From an uncultured Acidobacteriota bacterium (GTDB lineage Bacteria; Actinomycetota; Acidimicrobiia; Spongiisociales; ZC4RG35): a DNA stretch of 64,000 bases. Shown here one piece after another: positions 44,002-54,226 of the stretch. Positions within the stretch are counted from its first letter, which is position 1. Each line of letters begins with the position of its first letter. The translations under genes and the position numbers were made by a program. The notes under the pieces were generated by a model. It had not been told where the DNA came from. It made no database searches and was given only the letters and a program-made list of their open reading frames with translations. The stretch is taken from NCBI GenBank assembly GCA_963720925.1, contig CAVRHE010000001.1, positions 10,686 through 74,685 of the forward strand. Direction: 5' to 3'.

Positions 44002-44678
44002 CAGGGCAACACCACCTGCATGCCACTTCCGATCAACTTGGCTCCAATCACCACCATGAGCACCGCCATGATCGTGGCGTTGTTGATCGCCAACCAGTGT
44101 CGGAGCTCGGCGAGGGTCTGGGCGGCCGTGTCGCCGCCGAGAAAGTAGATCCCGATCGGTATCGCCAGACCGATGGTCCCAATCACGACGAAAACGGCGA
44201 GCACGATGTATGAGTCGGTGCTCGAGAGCCCGGCGCCGGCGATGGAGGTCGCCGCGGCCAGTGTCAAAGTCAGGTTCTTCGGGTTGAGGGCGGCAAGCAG
44301 GAAGCCGAGACCGAGCGATTTGCCCGCGGTGAACTGATCGATGGCGGACATCCACGTCGGCATCGGAGGCTCGTCGTCGCCCCGCGGGCGGCCGCGCCAC
44401 GATCTGATCCCGATGAGGACCGCGATCAGACCGAGGATGAGCACGAACCAGCCCACCCAGGTAGCCGGCCCGCCGTCCTCGCTGGCCCCGGCAGGGTCGG
44501 CCACGAGAAGGACGATCACCCCAACGAGGCCCAGGCCGACCAGCCAACCGAGCAGGAAGGCAAGGCCGTTGCCTCTGCCCTTCGGGGTCGAGAGCATGAG
44601 AACGACGGCGATGATCGGGATCGGACTGATCGCTACCCCGACGGCGAGCGGGAGGATCTCGCCTATTGCTGGGCCCAT
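44001..44678 (-). CDS. GAP (glycolipid addressing protein)-family membrane protein
   Basis: [26 protein letters not shown], six TMs. Confidence 0.8.
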   Translation of the reverse strand: MGPAIGEILPLAVGVAISPIPIIAVVLMLSTPKGRGNGLAFLLGWLVGLGLVGVIVLLVADPAGASEDGGPATWVGWFVLILGLIAVLIGIRSWRGRPRGDDEPPMPTWMSAIDQFTAGKSLGLGFLLAALNPKNLTLTLAAATSIAGAGLSSTDSYIVLAVFVVIGTIGLAIPIGIYFLGGDTAAQTLAELRHWLAINNATIMAVLMVVIGAKLIGSGMQVVLP

Positions 44679-44722
44679 GCTGGCGAACCTAGCGCGTGAG
44701 ATTTAGGGCATCGACCGGCGAC

Positions 44723-45511
44723 CTACGGCTGCCGATTCCTCTGATCGCGCCAGGACAACCAGTCCTTGAGCGGGGAGAGATCCCACGACTCCCGGCCGTC
44801 GAATGACATGGTGAGGAGTGTGGCCCCGGCATCCACGTACCCGTCACCTGTCTCCGGTTTGAGCGGGTTGGCGCCACAGGAGCGCTCGATCTCTGCCGGG
44901 TCCCGCCCTTCGCGAGCGCACCAGCTGTCGAGCACCTCGCACTTGTGCCGGACGGTGTCGGGCCGCCCCCAACCGTGCCATATGTCGGCATGACGGGCGG
45001 CATAGCGGAGCGTTCGCCGCTCCCCGCCACCTCCGACGAGGATCGGGATGTCCCGGATCGGTCGAGGGTTGAGTTGCGCCCAGCGGTTCTCGATCCTGGG
45101 CAGCGCATCCCTGAGGTCACTGAGACGGGTACCGGGAGTGCCGAAGTCGTAGCCGTATTCGTCGTAGTCGTGTTGGAACCACCCCGCACCGATACCGAGG
45201 ATCATCCGGCCCTGGGAGATGTGATCGACGGTGCGGGCCATGTCGGCGAGCAGGTCTGGGTTGCGGTAGCTGTTGGCGGTCACCAGGGCCCCGATCTCGA
45301 CCCGTTCGGTCACCTCGGCGAAAGATGCCAGCGTGGTCCAGCATTCGAAATGCTTCCCGTCGGCAGCACCGCTGAGAGGGAAGAAGTGGTCCCAGTTGAA
45401 GACGATGTCGACACCCATCTCCTCGGCTCGCACGGCGGCGGCCCGTAATCCGGCGTAGTCGCCGTGCTGTGGTTGGAGTTGGACTGCGATCCGTACCGGT
45501 CTGCTCACCAA
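44723..45511 (-). CDS. LLM-class F420-dependent oxidoreductase
   Basis: QLQPQH, WDHFFP, YRNPDLLADMARTVDHISQGR, GGGGE. Confidence 0.88.
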   Translation of the reverse strand: MVSRPVRIAVQLQPQHGDYAGLRAAAVRAEEMGVDIVFNWDHFFPLSGAADGKHFECWTTLASFAEVTERVEIGALVTANSYRNPDLLADMARTVDHISQGRMILGIGAGWFQHDYDEYGYDFGTPGTRLSDLRDALPRIENRWAQLNPRPIRDIPILVGGGGERRTLRYAARHADIWHGWGRPDTVRHKCEVLDSWCAREGRDPAEIERSCGANPLKPETGDGYVDAGATLLTMSFDGRESWDLSPLKDWLSWRDQRNRQP

Positions 45512-45518
45512 ACCGAAC

Positions 45519-46280
45519 CTATCCCCTTCGGGCGAAGACGATGGCGATCAGCCTGAGGATCTCGATGTAGAGCCAGATGATCGTCACCATCAGCCCGAAG
45601 GCGGCGAACCACGAGAACGCCCTCGGCGCCCCGGTGGCGATGCCATGCTCGATCACTGAGAAATCGAGGAGCAGATTCAGCGCGGCCACGATCACCACCA
45701 CGATGCTGAACACGAGGGCGCCGGTGCCGACTCCGGTCACAAGGGGCACGTCCACACCGAAGATCGAGAGCAGCAAAGTTGCCAGATAGAAGAGGCCGAT
45801 CCCGACGGTGGCGATGATGATCACCGACCGGGTCTTCTGGGTCACCTTGATGATTCGGAAGACATAGAGGACCAGGGCGCCGACGAAGACCGCGACCGTG
45901 GCTGTCAGAGCGAGGAACACGATCCCCTCGTAGAAGGTCTCGTAGATCTTCGAGATCGACCCGACCAGTGCGCCCTGACCCAACGAGTAGACGATCCCGG
46001 TGATCGGAGCCATCCGGGGCCTGGCCACGGTGGCGAAGACCAGCACCAGCAAGCCGATTACGAACAGCCAATACCAGCGTTGTACGGCCACTGCGTTGGC
46101 CCATCCATAGGCAGCGCCGGCCACGACCAGCAGCAACAGGAAGAAGGTGGCTGCCGCCACCGAGCCGATGGTCATCCTCTTCTCGCCGGTGGCGGTGGTC
46201 GAAGGAGCCGGTGCGCTCTCGAGGGCTGCGTCGGACGCGGCCGGCTCCCCGAATTGCCTGGTCAGTACTGGATTGGCCAT
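45519..46280 (-). CDS. Bax inhibitor-1/YccA-family membrane protein
   Basis: MANPVL, LLLDF..IE, AFGLMVTIIWLYIEILRL. Confidence 0.85.
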   Translation of the reverse strand: MANPVLTRQFGEPAASDAALESAPAPSTTATGEKRMTIGSVAAATFFLLLLVVAGAAYGWANAVAVQRWYWLFVIGLLVLVFATVARPRMAPITGIVYSLGQGALVGSISKIYETFYEGIVFLALTATVAVFVGALVLYVFRIIKVTQKTRSVIIIATVGIGLFYLATLLLSIFGVDVPLVTGVGTGALVFSIVVVIVAALNLLLDFSVIEHGIATGAPRAFSWFAAFGLMVTIIWLYIEILRLIAIVFARRG

Positions 46281-46290
46281 GGTGAGGCTG

Positions 46291-47637
46291 TCAGCCTTGC
46301 CCTCCCAGTGTCTGCAAGGTCAAGGCCTGCGCGATGATCAGTCGTTCGATCTCGTTCAGATCCACACTCTCGTTGGAGGCGTGGATCTTGGCCTTGGCTA
46401 CGTCCTCGGCTCCCCAGAGGATGACCTCGGCGTTGGGGCTGATTCCCTGAAGTCGGGCCACCAGCGGGATCGAGCCGCCGCTCCCCATGAAGCCGGCCTC
46501 GGTCTCGTAGGCGGCGGCCATCGCCTCCATCGCAGCCTTGACCGCCGGCCCGTCCATCTTCGCCGCGAACGGGTAGCCGACCCTCACCTTCTCCACTTCG
46601 ACATGTACGCCCCACGGCGCCGCCTTTTTCAAATGCTCGATGAGCAGGCCCACCTCGTGCTCGGAATCGGCGCCGGGCGGGATTCGCATCGTGATCTTGG
46701 CCGCGGCCTCCGGGATCACGACGTTCGAAGCCTCCTCGACCGATGGGGCGTCGATCCCGATCACCGACGCGGCCGGGCGGGACCACAGGCGGGCGCCGAC
46801 GGTGCCCGAGCCGATCAGTTGCGCACCATCGACCATCCCCGCCGCCTCACGGAACGCATCGGGATCCATCTCACTGCCCGACCACTCGAACTTGGCCAGG
46901 CCGGGGACGACGGTGTCGCCTGCGTCGTCGTGCAGGCTGGCGAGGATCCGGATCAGGGCGAGGAGGGCATCGGGGGCCGCTCCGCCGAAAAGACCGGAGT
47001 GCGCCGGGTGATGGAGAGACCTGACCTTGACCACCACGATCACGTTGCCGCGCAGTGTCGTGGTCACTGCGGGGACCCCTGCTGCCGGGTTGCCCATGTC
47101 GGCGATCACATAGGTGTCCGCTTGAAAGAGCTCGGGGTGGGCGTCGACGTAGGGCCCGAGATGGCTGACCGTCTCCTCCTCACCCTCCATGAGGATCCGG
47201 AGATTGACCGGGAGGTCACCCTGGAAGACGCCAAGCGTGCCGGCGTGGATGATCACCCCGCTCTTGTCGTCCGCTGCCCCCCGTCCGTAGAGGCGCCCGT
47301 CCTTGATCTCCGCAGTCCAGGGGTCGGTGTCCCAGCCCGCCTCGATCGGTGCCGGCTGCACGTCGTAATGGGCGTAGAGGAGGACCGTCGGCGACCCTTC
47401 AGGACCGCGCATATCGCCATAGATGGCGGGCTTCCCCTTGCCGAGATCCAGCTCATGTACCTCTGCTCCGTGCTTCTCGAGGAGCGCCATCGACGCCCGG
47501 CGCATGTCGTGAACCGGTTCCTCCGGAAATCCGGGGAACGAGCACGAGGCGTGACTCACCAGGTCCTTGAGGTCCTCGGTGAGCCCAGGCATCAGGGCTT
47601 TCGCCCGGGACCGGACTTCTTCAGTGGTCAGCATCAT
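46291..47637 (-). CDS. M20 dipeptidase
   Basis: LLYAHYDVQP, GRGAADDKSG, EGEEE, HSG, GGSIP, HASNE. Confidence 0.9.
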   Translation of the reverse strand: MMLTTEEVRSRAKALMPGLTEDLKDLVSHASCSFPGFPEEPVHDMRRASMALLEKHGAEVHELDLGKGKPAIYGDMRGPEGSPTVLLYAHYDVQPAPIEAGWDTDPWTAEIKDGRLYGRGAADDKSGVIIHAGTLGVFQGDLPVNLRILMEGEEETVSHLGPYVDAHPELFQADTYVIADMGNPAAGVPAVTTTLRGNVIVVVKVRSLHHPAHSGLFGGAAPDALLALIRILASLHDDAGDTVVPGLAKFEWSGSEMDPDAFREAAGMVDGAQLIGSGTVGARLWSRPAASVIGIDAPSVEEASNVVIPEAAAKITMRIPPGADSEHEVGLLIEHLKKAAPWGVHVEVEKVRVGYPFAAKMDGPAVKAAMEAMAAAYETEAGFMGSGGSIPLVARLQGISPNAEVILWGAEDVAKAKIHASNESVDLNEIERLIIAQALTLQTLGGQG

Positions 47638-47712
47638 GTCTCCTATCTCGCGTGTTCCCCTCGGGCAAGTGCGGTGGCTCCTCCCACCCGAGGACACCCG
47701 GTCACTTGATTT

Positions 47713-49026
47713 CTACTCTGTCGTCTGTGCGGCCTGCCGCCGTCGAAACACCGCGCTCCAGACGAGCTCGAGTACGACAGCGAGACCGAGGACCGCGATC
47801 ATCGCGACGAACGTCTCCGGTGCGTCCTGCCAGGTCTGGATCCCGAACACCAGGAGAACCACGGCCGTGGACACGATGCCGAGGCCGATGATCACGATGT
47901 TGGAGCCGGTCTCGGCTCGGAGACGCATCCCGGCCAGGGCCACCATGAGGAAGATGACGAGTGCCACGACACTCCCCAGCGATGCGATCGCGGTCAGGTC
48001 GACGAGCAGGGCGAGGAGCAGGACGAGGAGTGCGGAGACACCCATGCCCATGGTGCTCCCGAATCGCCCCGGGTGGGCGAACTTCGGAGGGAACTGGCCG
48101 CTGCGGGCAAGAGCGGACGTCAGACCCACCACTCCGTACACATTGGCATTCACCGAAGTGAAGGTGGCGAGGAGGGCGGCGATGGCCATCATCGCGAACC
48201 CGGCATCCCCGAGCACCGGTCGCGCCGCCTCGGCGAGTGCAGTTTCTCCATAACCGACCACCTGGTCGACTGTCAGTGTCCCGAACACTCCCAGGGAGAT
48301 CAGGATGTAGAGAGCGGTGGTGATCCCGAGGGCGATATAGGTCGCCTTGGGAAGGTTTCGGGCCGGATCCGGCAGATCCTCTCCGGCATAGCTGATGACA
48401 GCGAACCCCAGATAGGCAAAGAAGGTGAGGGCGATGCTGGAGACGATGTCGATAGCCGGGGGGTAGAGGGAAGGGGAGAGCAACTCGGTGTCCATCTCCC
48501 CGAGGGTGACTGCGATGAACACGGCGAACACTGCAAGCAGGATCACCACGACCAACGACTGGATCTTGCTGATCGCATCGGCACCCAGGATCTGGACCGC
48601 GGCCACCACCACGATGACACCCGCGGTGAAGAGATTCGCCGCGGTGGCGCTCGCGCTTTCGCCGATGAAGAGGGCAACGGCGTAGCTGCCGAATGACACC
48701 GCCACCATCGCGGTGATGATGATGGCGGCGAAATAGAGCAGCCAGGCGAAGGTGCCGACGAGATGTCCGACTCCGAATCCCTGGGTGAGGAAGGTAACGA
48801 GCCCGCCCGAGGACGGATACCGAGCCCCGAGCTTGGCGACCACGTATCCGAGAAGGGTCGCGATCACCCCGCCCAGGAGGAACGAGAGCCAGGTGGCGGC
48901 GCCTGCAACCGCTCCCGCCTCGCCGAGCAGGGCGAAGATGCCGGCGCCGACCATGGCCCCTATGCCGAGCGACGCGGCCCCGCGAACTGTCATGCCACCG
49001 GACGCGGGCTTTTCAGAGGTGGTCAT
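47713..49026 (-). CDS. APC-family amino acid permease
   Basis: GAMVGAGIF, FFAYLGF, ~12 TMs. Confidence 0.88.
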   Translation of the reverse strand: MTTSEKPASGGMTVRGAASLGIGAMVGAGIFALLGEAGAVAGAATWLSFLLGGVIATLLGYVVAKLGARYPSSGGLVTFLTQGFGVGHLVGTFAWLLYFAAIIITAMVAVSFGSYAVALFIGESASATAANLFTAGVIVVVAAVQILGADAISKIQSLVVVILLAVFAVFIAVTLGEMDTELLSPSLYPPAIDIVSSIALTFFAYLGFAVISYAGEDLPDPARNLPKATYIALGITTALYILISLGVFGTLTVDQVVGYGETALAEAARPVLGDAGFAMMAIAALLATFTSVNANVYGVVGLTSALARSGQFPPKFAHPGRFGSTMGMGVSALLVLLLALLVDLTAIASLGSVVALVIFLMVALAGMRLRAETGSNIVIIGLGIVSTAVVLLVFGIQTWQDAPETFVAMIAVLGLAVVLELVWSAVFRRRQAAQTTE

Positions 49027-49038
49027 CTCGACTTCGGA

Positions 49039-50379
49039 TCAGTAGAAGATCACCCCGATCAGCGCACCCACCACAACCGACACCACGGTCATGATCAGCA
49101 TCGGGACGAAGAAGCTGTGATCGAGCAGCTTGGTTCCCAGCTTGGTGGACCCGGTGAGGTCGAAGTTGGCGGCCGCGATCTGGGTTCCGTTGGCAGGCAA
49201 GGTGTAGACGCCACCCAGCGCACCGCCCCACATGCCGGTGACCAGACCAGGGGCCAAACCGGCCGCGAGACCGATCGGGACAATGGTTCGGGTTGCGGTC
49301 GACTGGCTCGTTGTCAGTGCAGCGACCAGGAACACAGCGAGGGCGAAGATCCACGGTGCCTGATCGACCCATCCTCCGATCGTGGTGACGATGAACTCCT
49401 CGTGGGCCGCGATGAACGTGGCCGTCAGCCAGGCGATGCCGAACAAGGCGATGGCCGAGACCATGCCTGCCTTGAACACCGAGGCTCCGGGGACCTCGCT
49501 CACATTGGGCTTTCCGATGAGGATGATGAGGACACCGACTGTGAACATGACCAGTTCGATGGTCGTGGTCATGTCGATCGTGACCAGTTCACCTTCGATC
49601 TCGAACGCGGGCCGTAGATCGGGGAACAAGCCCAGGATCACGATGGTGAGGACACCGAGGAGGAAGATGATCCCCGAGTTCCGGCCTTCCTTGGTTGCGG
49701 TCAACTCGATCTTCTCACCGGAGACCTCGGGTCGGGCGAGCTCGCCAGAGGCGATCTTGGCCTGAATCTCCGGATCCTCGTCGATGTCCTTGCCCATCCG
49801 TCCCACGATCAGGGCGGTGACGATGATCCCGATCACGCCTGCCGGGAAGGTGATCGAGAGGATTTGCGCCAGGTCGAAGTTGTACGGCTCCACCGCGGTC
49901 AGAGTCACCATCGCGGCCATCGCCGCCGAGACGGGCGACGCAGCCAGCGACATGCCGGATTGCACGACGGTCACCGTCAGTGGGCGTGAGGGCCGGATGC
50001 CGTTCTGATAGGAGACGTCGTAGATCACCGGCAGCAGTGGGTAGAGGATGTTGCTCGTCCCCGCCCCAACCGTGAAGAGAAAAGCGGTGAGCGGGGCGAT
50101 CACCGTGATCTGCTTGGGACGACTCTGGATGACGTTCGCTGCGATCATGACCATCCAGTCGACTCCGCCGGCCACCTGCATCAGGGCTGCCGCGGTGACC
50201 ACGGCGAGGATGATCAGGAGGGCCGAAATCGGCGGTTCCCCGGGCGCCTCCCCGAAAATGAAGACGAGGATCGCGACGCCGAGACCACCCCAAACGCCGA
50301 TCCCAACTCCTCCGGCACGGGTGCCCATGACGATGGCGCCGAGAACCACCACCGCCTCGAGGATGAAGATGATGTCCAA
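49039..50379 (-). CDS. Anaerobic C4-dicarboxylate transporter (DcuA/DcuB family)
   Basis: GGVGIG, RPSRP, ASPVSAA, SQSTA, DLTGSTKLG...HSF. Confidence 0.85.
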   Translation of the reverse strand: MDIIFILEAVVVLGAIVMGTRAGGVGIGVWGGLGVAILVFIFGEAPGEPPISALLIILAVVTAAALMQVAGGVDWMVMIAANVIQSRPKQITVIAPLTAFLFTVGAGTSNILYPLLPVIYDVSYQNGIRPSRPLTVTVVQSGMSLAASPVSAAMAAMVTLTAVEPYNFDLAQILSITFPAGVIGIIVTALIVGRMGKDIDEDPEIQAKIASGELARPEVSGEKIELTATKEGRNSGIIFLLGVLTIVILGLFPDLRPAFEIEGELVTIDMTTTIELVMFTVGVLIILIGKPNVSEVPGASVFKAGMVSAIALFGIAWLTATFIAAHEEFIVTTIGGWVDQAPWIFALAVFLVAALTTSQSTATRTIVPIGLAAGLAPGLVTGMWGGALGGVYTLPANGTQIAAANFDLTGSTKLGTKLLDHSFFVPMLIMTVVSVVVGALIGVIFY

Positions 50380-50393
50380 TTTCTCTCCTTTGG

Positions 50394-50810
50394 TCAGTCC
50401 GTGCCGCAGACGACGTCGAGTCGTTCTTGAAGGGCGTTGTACGCCGTGACCGAGCTGTCCAGCGATTCCTGCATGAGCGGCTGGGCCACTTCGAGGCCTT
50501 CGTCACCGAGATCGAAGGTCACCTGTCTCAATTCGGTCAGGGCGAAATTCAGGTTCGAGACCGCCTGGTCGTACAGGCCATCGGCCTCGGCCTGGAACTG
50601 ATCCAGCTGGACCATGACGTTCTCGACCAGCTCCAGTGCGTCAGCCGCGGTAGCTGTCTCCGGCTCCAGAGTCTCCACCTCGGCCACCGCATCCTGCAGG
50701 TCCTCGTACTGCCGGCAGAGACTCCGCTCTTCGGCGTTCCCGCATGATGCGAGCGTCAGGGCGAGCGCGGTCATGGCGACCAACCATGCTCGTCGGCGGA
50801 GTCCGGTCAT
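50394..50810 (-). CDS. Hypothetical helical lipoprotein
   Basis: Lipobox LASC, GGAG RBS, terminal Cys pair. Confidence 0.7.
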   Translation of the reverse strand: MTGLRRRAWLVAMTALALTLASCGNAEERSLCRQYEDLQDAVAEVETLEPETATAADALELVENVMVQLDQFQAEADGLYDQAVSNLNFALTELRQVTFDLGDEGLEVAQPLMQESLDSSVTAYNALQERLDVVCGTD

Positions 50811-50823
50811 CGTGCCACTCCCT

Positions 50824-51928
50824 TCATTCCGGTTCCTGGGTGACGATGGTCACGAGGATCTTGCACGCCATGACCATGTCGTCGATGGCAATGTGCTCGG
50901 TAGCGGCGTGCTCGTCGACCATGCCTGTGGCCATGGCGACACAGGCTATTCCGTGTGCGTTGAAGAAATTGCCATCTGTCCCGCCGCCGCTCTTTCGTGG
51001 AATCACCTCCAGCCCCAGTGACCTGATCGCACGGGCTGCCTCGCGGTAGGGCCGCTCGGATTCGTCGATGTGATAGGTCCGGTAGATCTCCTCGGCCTCG
51101 AAGTCGAGAGTCGCCCCGTGTCGGTCTGCAGCCTCGGCCAGAGCGGAGCGCATGGCATCCAACTGGGCGTCGAGCTTCCCTTGGTCGTGGCTTCGGGCCA
51201 TTCCCTGGAGGGTGACCTCGCCGGGGACGATGTTCCTGGCCTCCCCTCCGGTGATGGTCCCGATGTTGGCCACTGTTTCCTCGTCGATCCGACCGAGTGG
51301 CATCGCGGCGATGGCCTCGGCCGCCACCTTCACCGCATTGATCCCCTTCTCGGGCTCGACGCCGGCATGGGCTTTCTTCCCGTGAACCGCTGCCGTGATG
51401 TAGACGGAGGTTGGCGTCCAATAGGTGATGGCGCCGATCTCGCCGGCGGTGTCGAGCACGAACCCGTAGGTCGAGCTCAGGCGGCTCAGATCCATCTGGC
51501 GGGATCCGAGCAACCCGCTCTCCTCGCCAACGGAGATGACGAACTCGAGCGTCGGGTGATCCACCTCGGGATGGGAATCGAGGATCGTCAGCAGCTCCAG
51601 ACATCCGGCAATACCCGACTTGTCATCTGCGCCGAGGATCGTGGTCCCATCGGTCTTGATGACCCCGTCTTCGATGATGGGCTTGATTCCCGACATCGGT
51701 CCCCGCCGTGTCCATGTGGGTCGAGAGCAACACGGTGTCGGGCCGGGTGCCGGGGAGGACCGCGACCAGGTTCCCGACATCGTCCATGGTGACGGTGCAG
51801 CCGAAGTCGGTGAACCTCGCGGCCAGCTCCTTGCCGATCCGCTCTTCATGCCCGGTCGGGCTGTCGATCGCCACGAGATCGAGGAATGTCTGCACGAGTC
51901 GATCGCGGTCGACGTTGTCAGCGAGCAT
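50824..51928 (-). CDS. M20B peptidase T-like protein (frameshift ~51705)
   Basis: STHMDT, GADDKSG, GEESG, AHAG, GGGTDGN. Confidence 0.88.
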
Positions 51929-52155
51929 GGCGGGTCCCGCGCCTCGATATCGATGCCGTCACCCCGACTCATCGTGCGGCACTCTATATCTCGCCGGGAC
52001 ACCCTCGTGTCGCCGATAGGAAGTGATTGTTGATCGACCTGGGCACCGAAAGCAGCTGTGACTCGCGGCGAATCCGTACAGTGGCGCCCGTGCCGATTTG
52101 CCCAGCTGCCAGATTCGCTGCCTCGCACGTCACCCACGTCGGGCCACTCGATTAG

Positions 52156-53773
52156 ATGACGGACAGGACCAAGAGCGCTGCCGGGATCGTGCTCCTGACG
52201 CTGGCGTCGGGTCAGTTCCTCATGACGCTCGACAGCTCGGTGATGAATGTCTCCATTGCCCAGGTGGCCGAGGATCTGGGCACCACCGTCACCGGCATCC
52301 AGACCGCGATAACCCTCTACACGTTGGTCATGGCGACGCTGATGATCACGGGCGGGAAGATCGGCAGTCTCATCGGTCGGAAGCGGGCGTTCATGATCGG
52401 CTGCGTCATCTACGGCGCTGGGTCCCTGACGACTTCGTTGGCCCCCACGCTTACCGTTCTGATCATTGGCTGGTCGTTCCTGGAAGGCATCGGGGCGGCG
52501 CTGATCATGCCCGCGATCGTGGCGCTGGTCGCATCGAATTTCCCTCCGGAGGGGCGACCGCGTGCCTATGGCCTTGTCGCCTCGGCCGGCGCCATCGCGG
52601 TGGCCGCGGGACCCCTGATCGGGGGCTTTGTCACGACAAATTGGACCTGGAGATATGTGTTCGCGGGCGAGGTCGTGGTGGTGGCTGCGATCCTCTTGCT
52701 CACTCGACGTATGCAAGACGCGCCCCCAGAGGCGAAACACCGGTTGGACCTGGTCGGTGCTGCCCTCACCGCCGCCGGGCTCGGTCTCGCTGTCTTCGGC
52801 GTGCTTCGCTCGGGCGAATGGGGCTGGATCCAACCGAAACCCGGTGGCCCGGAATGGCTCGGGATTTCGCCGACCGTGTGGTTGATCGTGGCCGGGGCCC
52901 TCATCATCAGGATCTTCTTTGCCTGGGAGGCGAGGGTCGTGGCCCGTGGGCGGGAACCTCTGGTGAGAATCGAGATGCTCCGAAACGCCCAGCTCAACGG
53001 GGGCCTGACGATGTTCTTCTTCCAGTTCATGATCCAGGCCGGGCATTTTCTTCACCGTCCCGCTCTTCCTCTCCGTCGCTCTCGGCCTGACTGCCCTGGA
53101 GACAGGGGTGCGATTGCTGCCTCTCTCGGTGGCGCTCCTGCTCACGGCAGTCGCCATCCCCAAATATCGGCCAAAGGCCGCGCCGCGGACGGTTGTCCGG
53201 TGGGGATTGATCGCACTTCTCGCCGGGGTGGTTTCCCTCATTGCCGCCCTCGAGGTGGGCGTCGGGCCCGAGATCGTCGCGGTGCCGATGCTGCTCACCG
53301 GGCTGGGTGTGGGCGCGCTGGCGTCACAGTTGGGAGCTGTGACTGTGTCGGCTGTCCCCGACAAGGAGACGGGCGAAGTCGGCGGTCTCCAAAACACCAT
53401 GACCAATCTGGGAGCGTCCCTCGGCACAGCCCTGGCCGGCTCGATCCTCATTGCCGCCCTGACCACGGCATTCGTTCAGGGGATACAGGACAACCCGGAT
53501 GTCCCCCCCGAGGTGTCGTCCGGAGCCGAGGTCGAGCTCGCCGGAGGAATCCCATTTGTCTCCAATGCTCAGCTCGAGACGGCGCTCGATGATGCCGGTG
53601 TTCCGTCGAGTGTGGCCGATGCCATCGTCGCCGAGAACGAACAGGCGCGGATCAATGGCCTCCGAGCGAGTCTCTCCGTGCTGGCGTTGTTCGTGGTGGT
53701 GGCCCTGTACTTCACCCGCTTGATCCCGATAGAGCCTGTGGGTACGCCTTCGGGGATCCCCGCCGAAGTCTGA
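52156..53773 (+). CDS. MFS transporter, DHA2-like (frameshift ~53045)
   Basis: LDSSVMNV, GGKIGSLIGRKR, GPLIGG; C-terminal half in ORF 53108..53773. Confidence 0.88.
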
Positions 53774-53782
53774 CCTCAGCGA

Positions 53783-54226
53783 TCAGCCGAGACCGGGGTG
53801 ACGGTCCCCGGTCGGCTCCCACGCCGGTGCCGACACCTCGGTGATGTGGGGGCGCTCGGCCGCGGTCACCCAGAACCCGATCAGGGCAGCCGCGATCTCG
53901 GAATGGGGATTATGCGCACGGTGCACCACCCCGATCGGCTCGGTGTAGACGTCACCCGCCGAATAGTGCTCGGTTCGTCCCTCGTATTGCAGGGACACGA
54001 TTCCCCGCAGCAAGACGAAGTAGACGATCCCGTTGTGGACATGCCAGGAGGCGGTGCGGCCGGGATTCAACTCGGACAGTTGGATGTTGATCCGTGCCTC
54101 AGGATCGCGTGGCAGGCGGGTCTCGATCTCGTCGAAGAGGACCTGGCGGATGTGTGAGCCGTCTTCGGGAAGCAGATCGGAGATGCGGAGTGCGAGGGTC
54201 GCCGGGTCGACCTGATATTCCGTCAT
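53783..54226 (-). CDS. Cupin domain protein
   Basis: WHVH...EPIGVVH metal motif; ATGA overlap with upstream ligase. Confidence 0.75.
   Translation of the reverse strand: MTEYQVDPATLALRISDLLPEDGSHIRQVLFDEIETRLPRDPEARINIQLSELNPGRTASWHVHNGIVYFVLLRGIVSLQYEGRTEHYSAGDVYTEPIGVVHRAHNPHSEIAAALIGFWVTAAERPHITEVSAPAWEPTGDRHPGLG

Noticed and set aside
50824-53466. 880-aa ORF and other long shadow ORFs (e.g. 5667..7760, 11772..13499, 36104..37927, 46147..47709)
   Set aside because: These are antisense or off-frame products of high GC and frameshifts. They overlap well-supported genes, and only the parts shared with those genes look protein-like.
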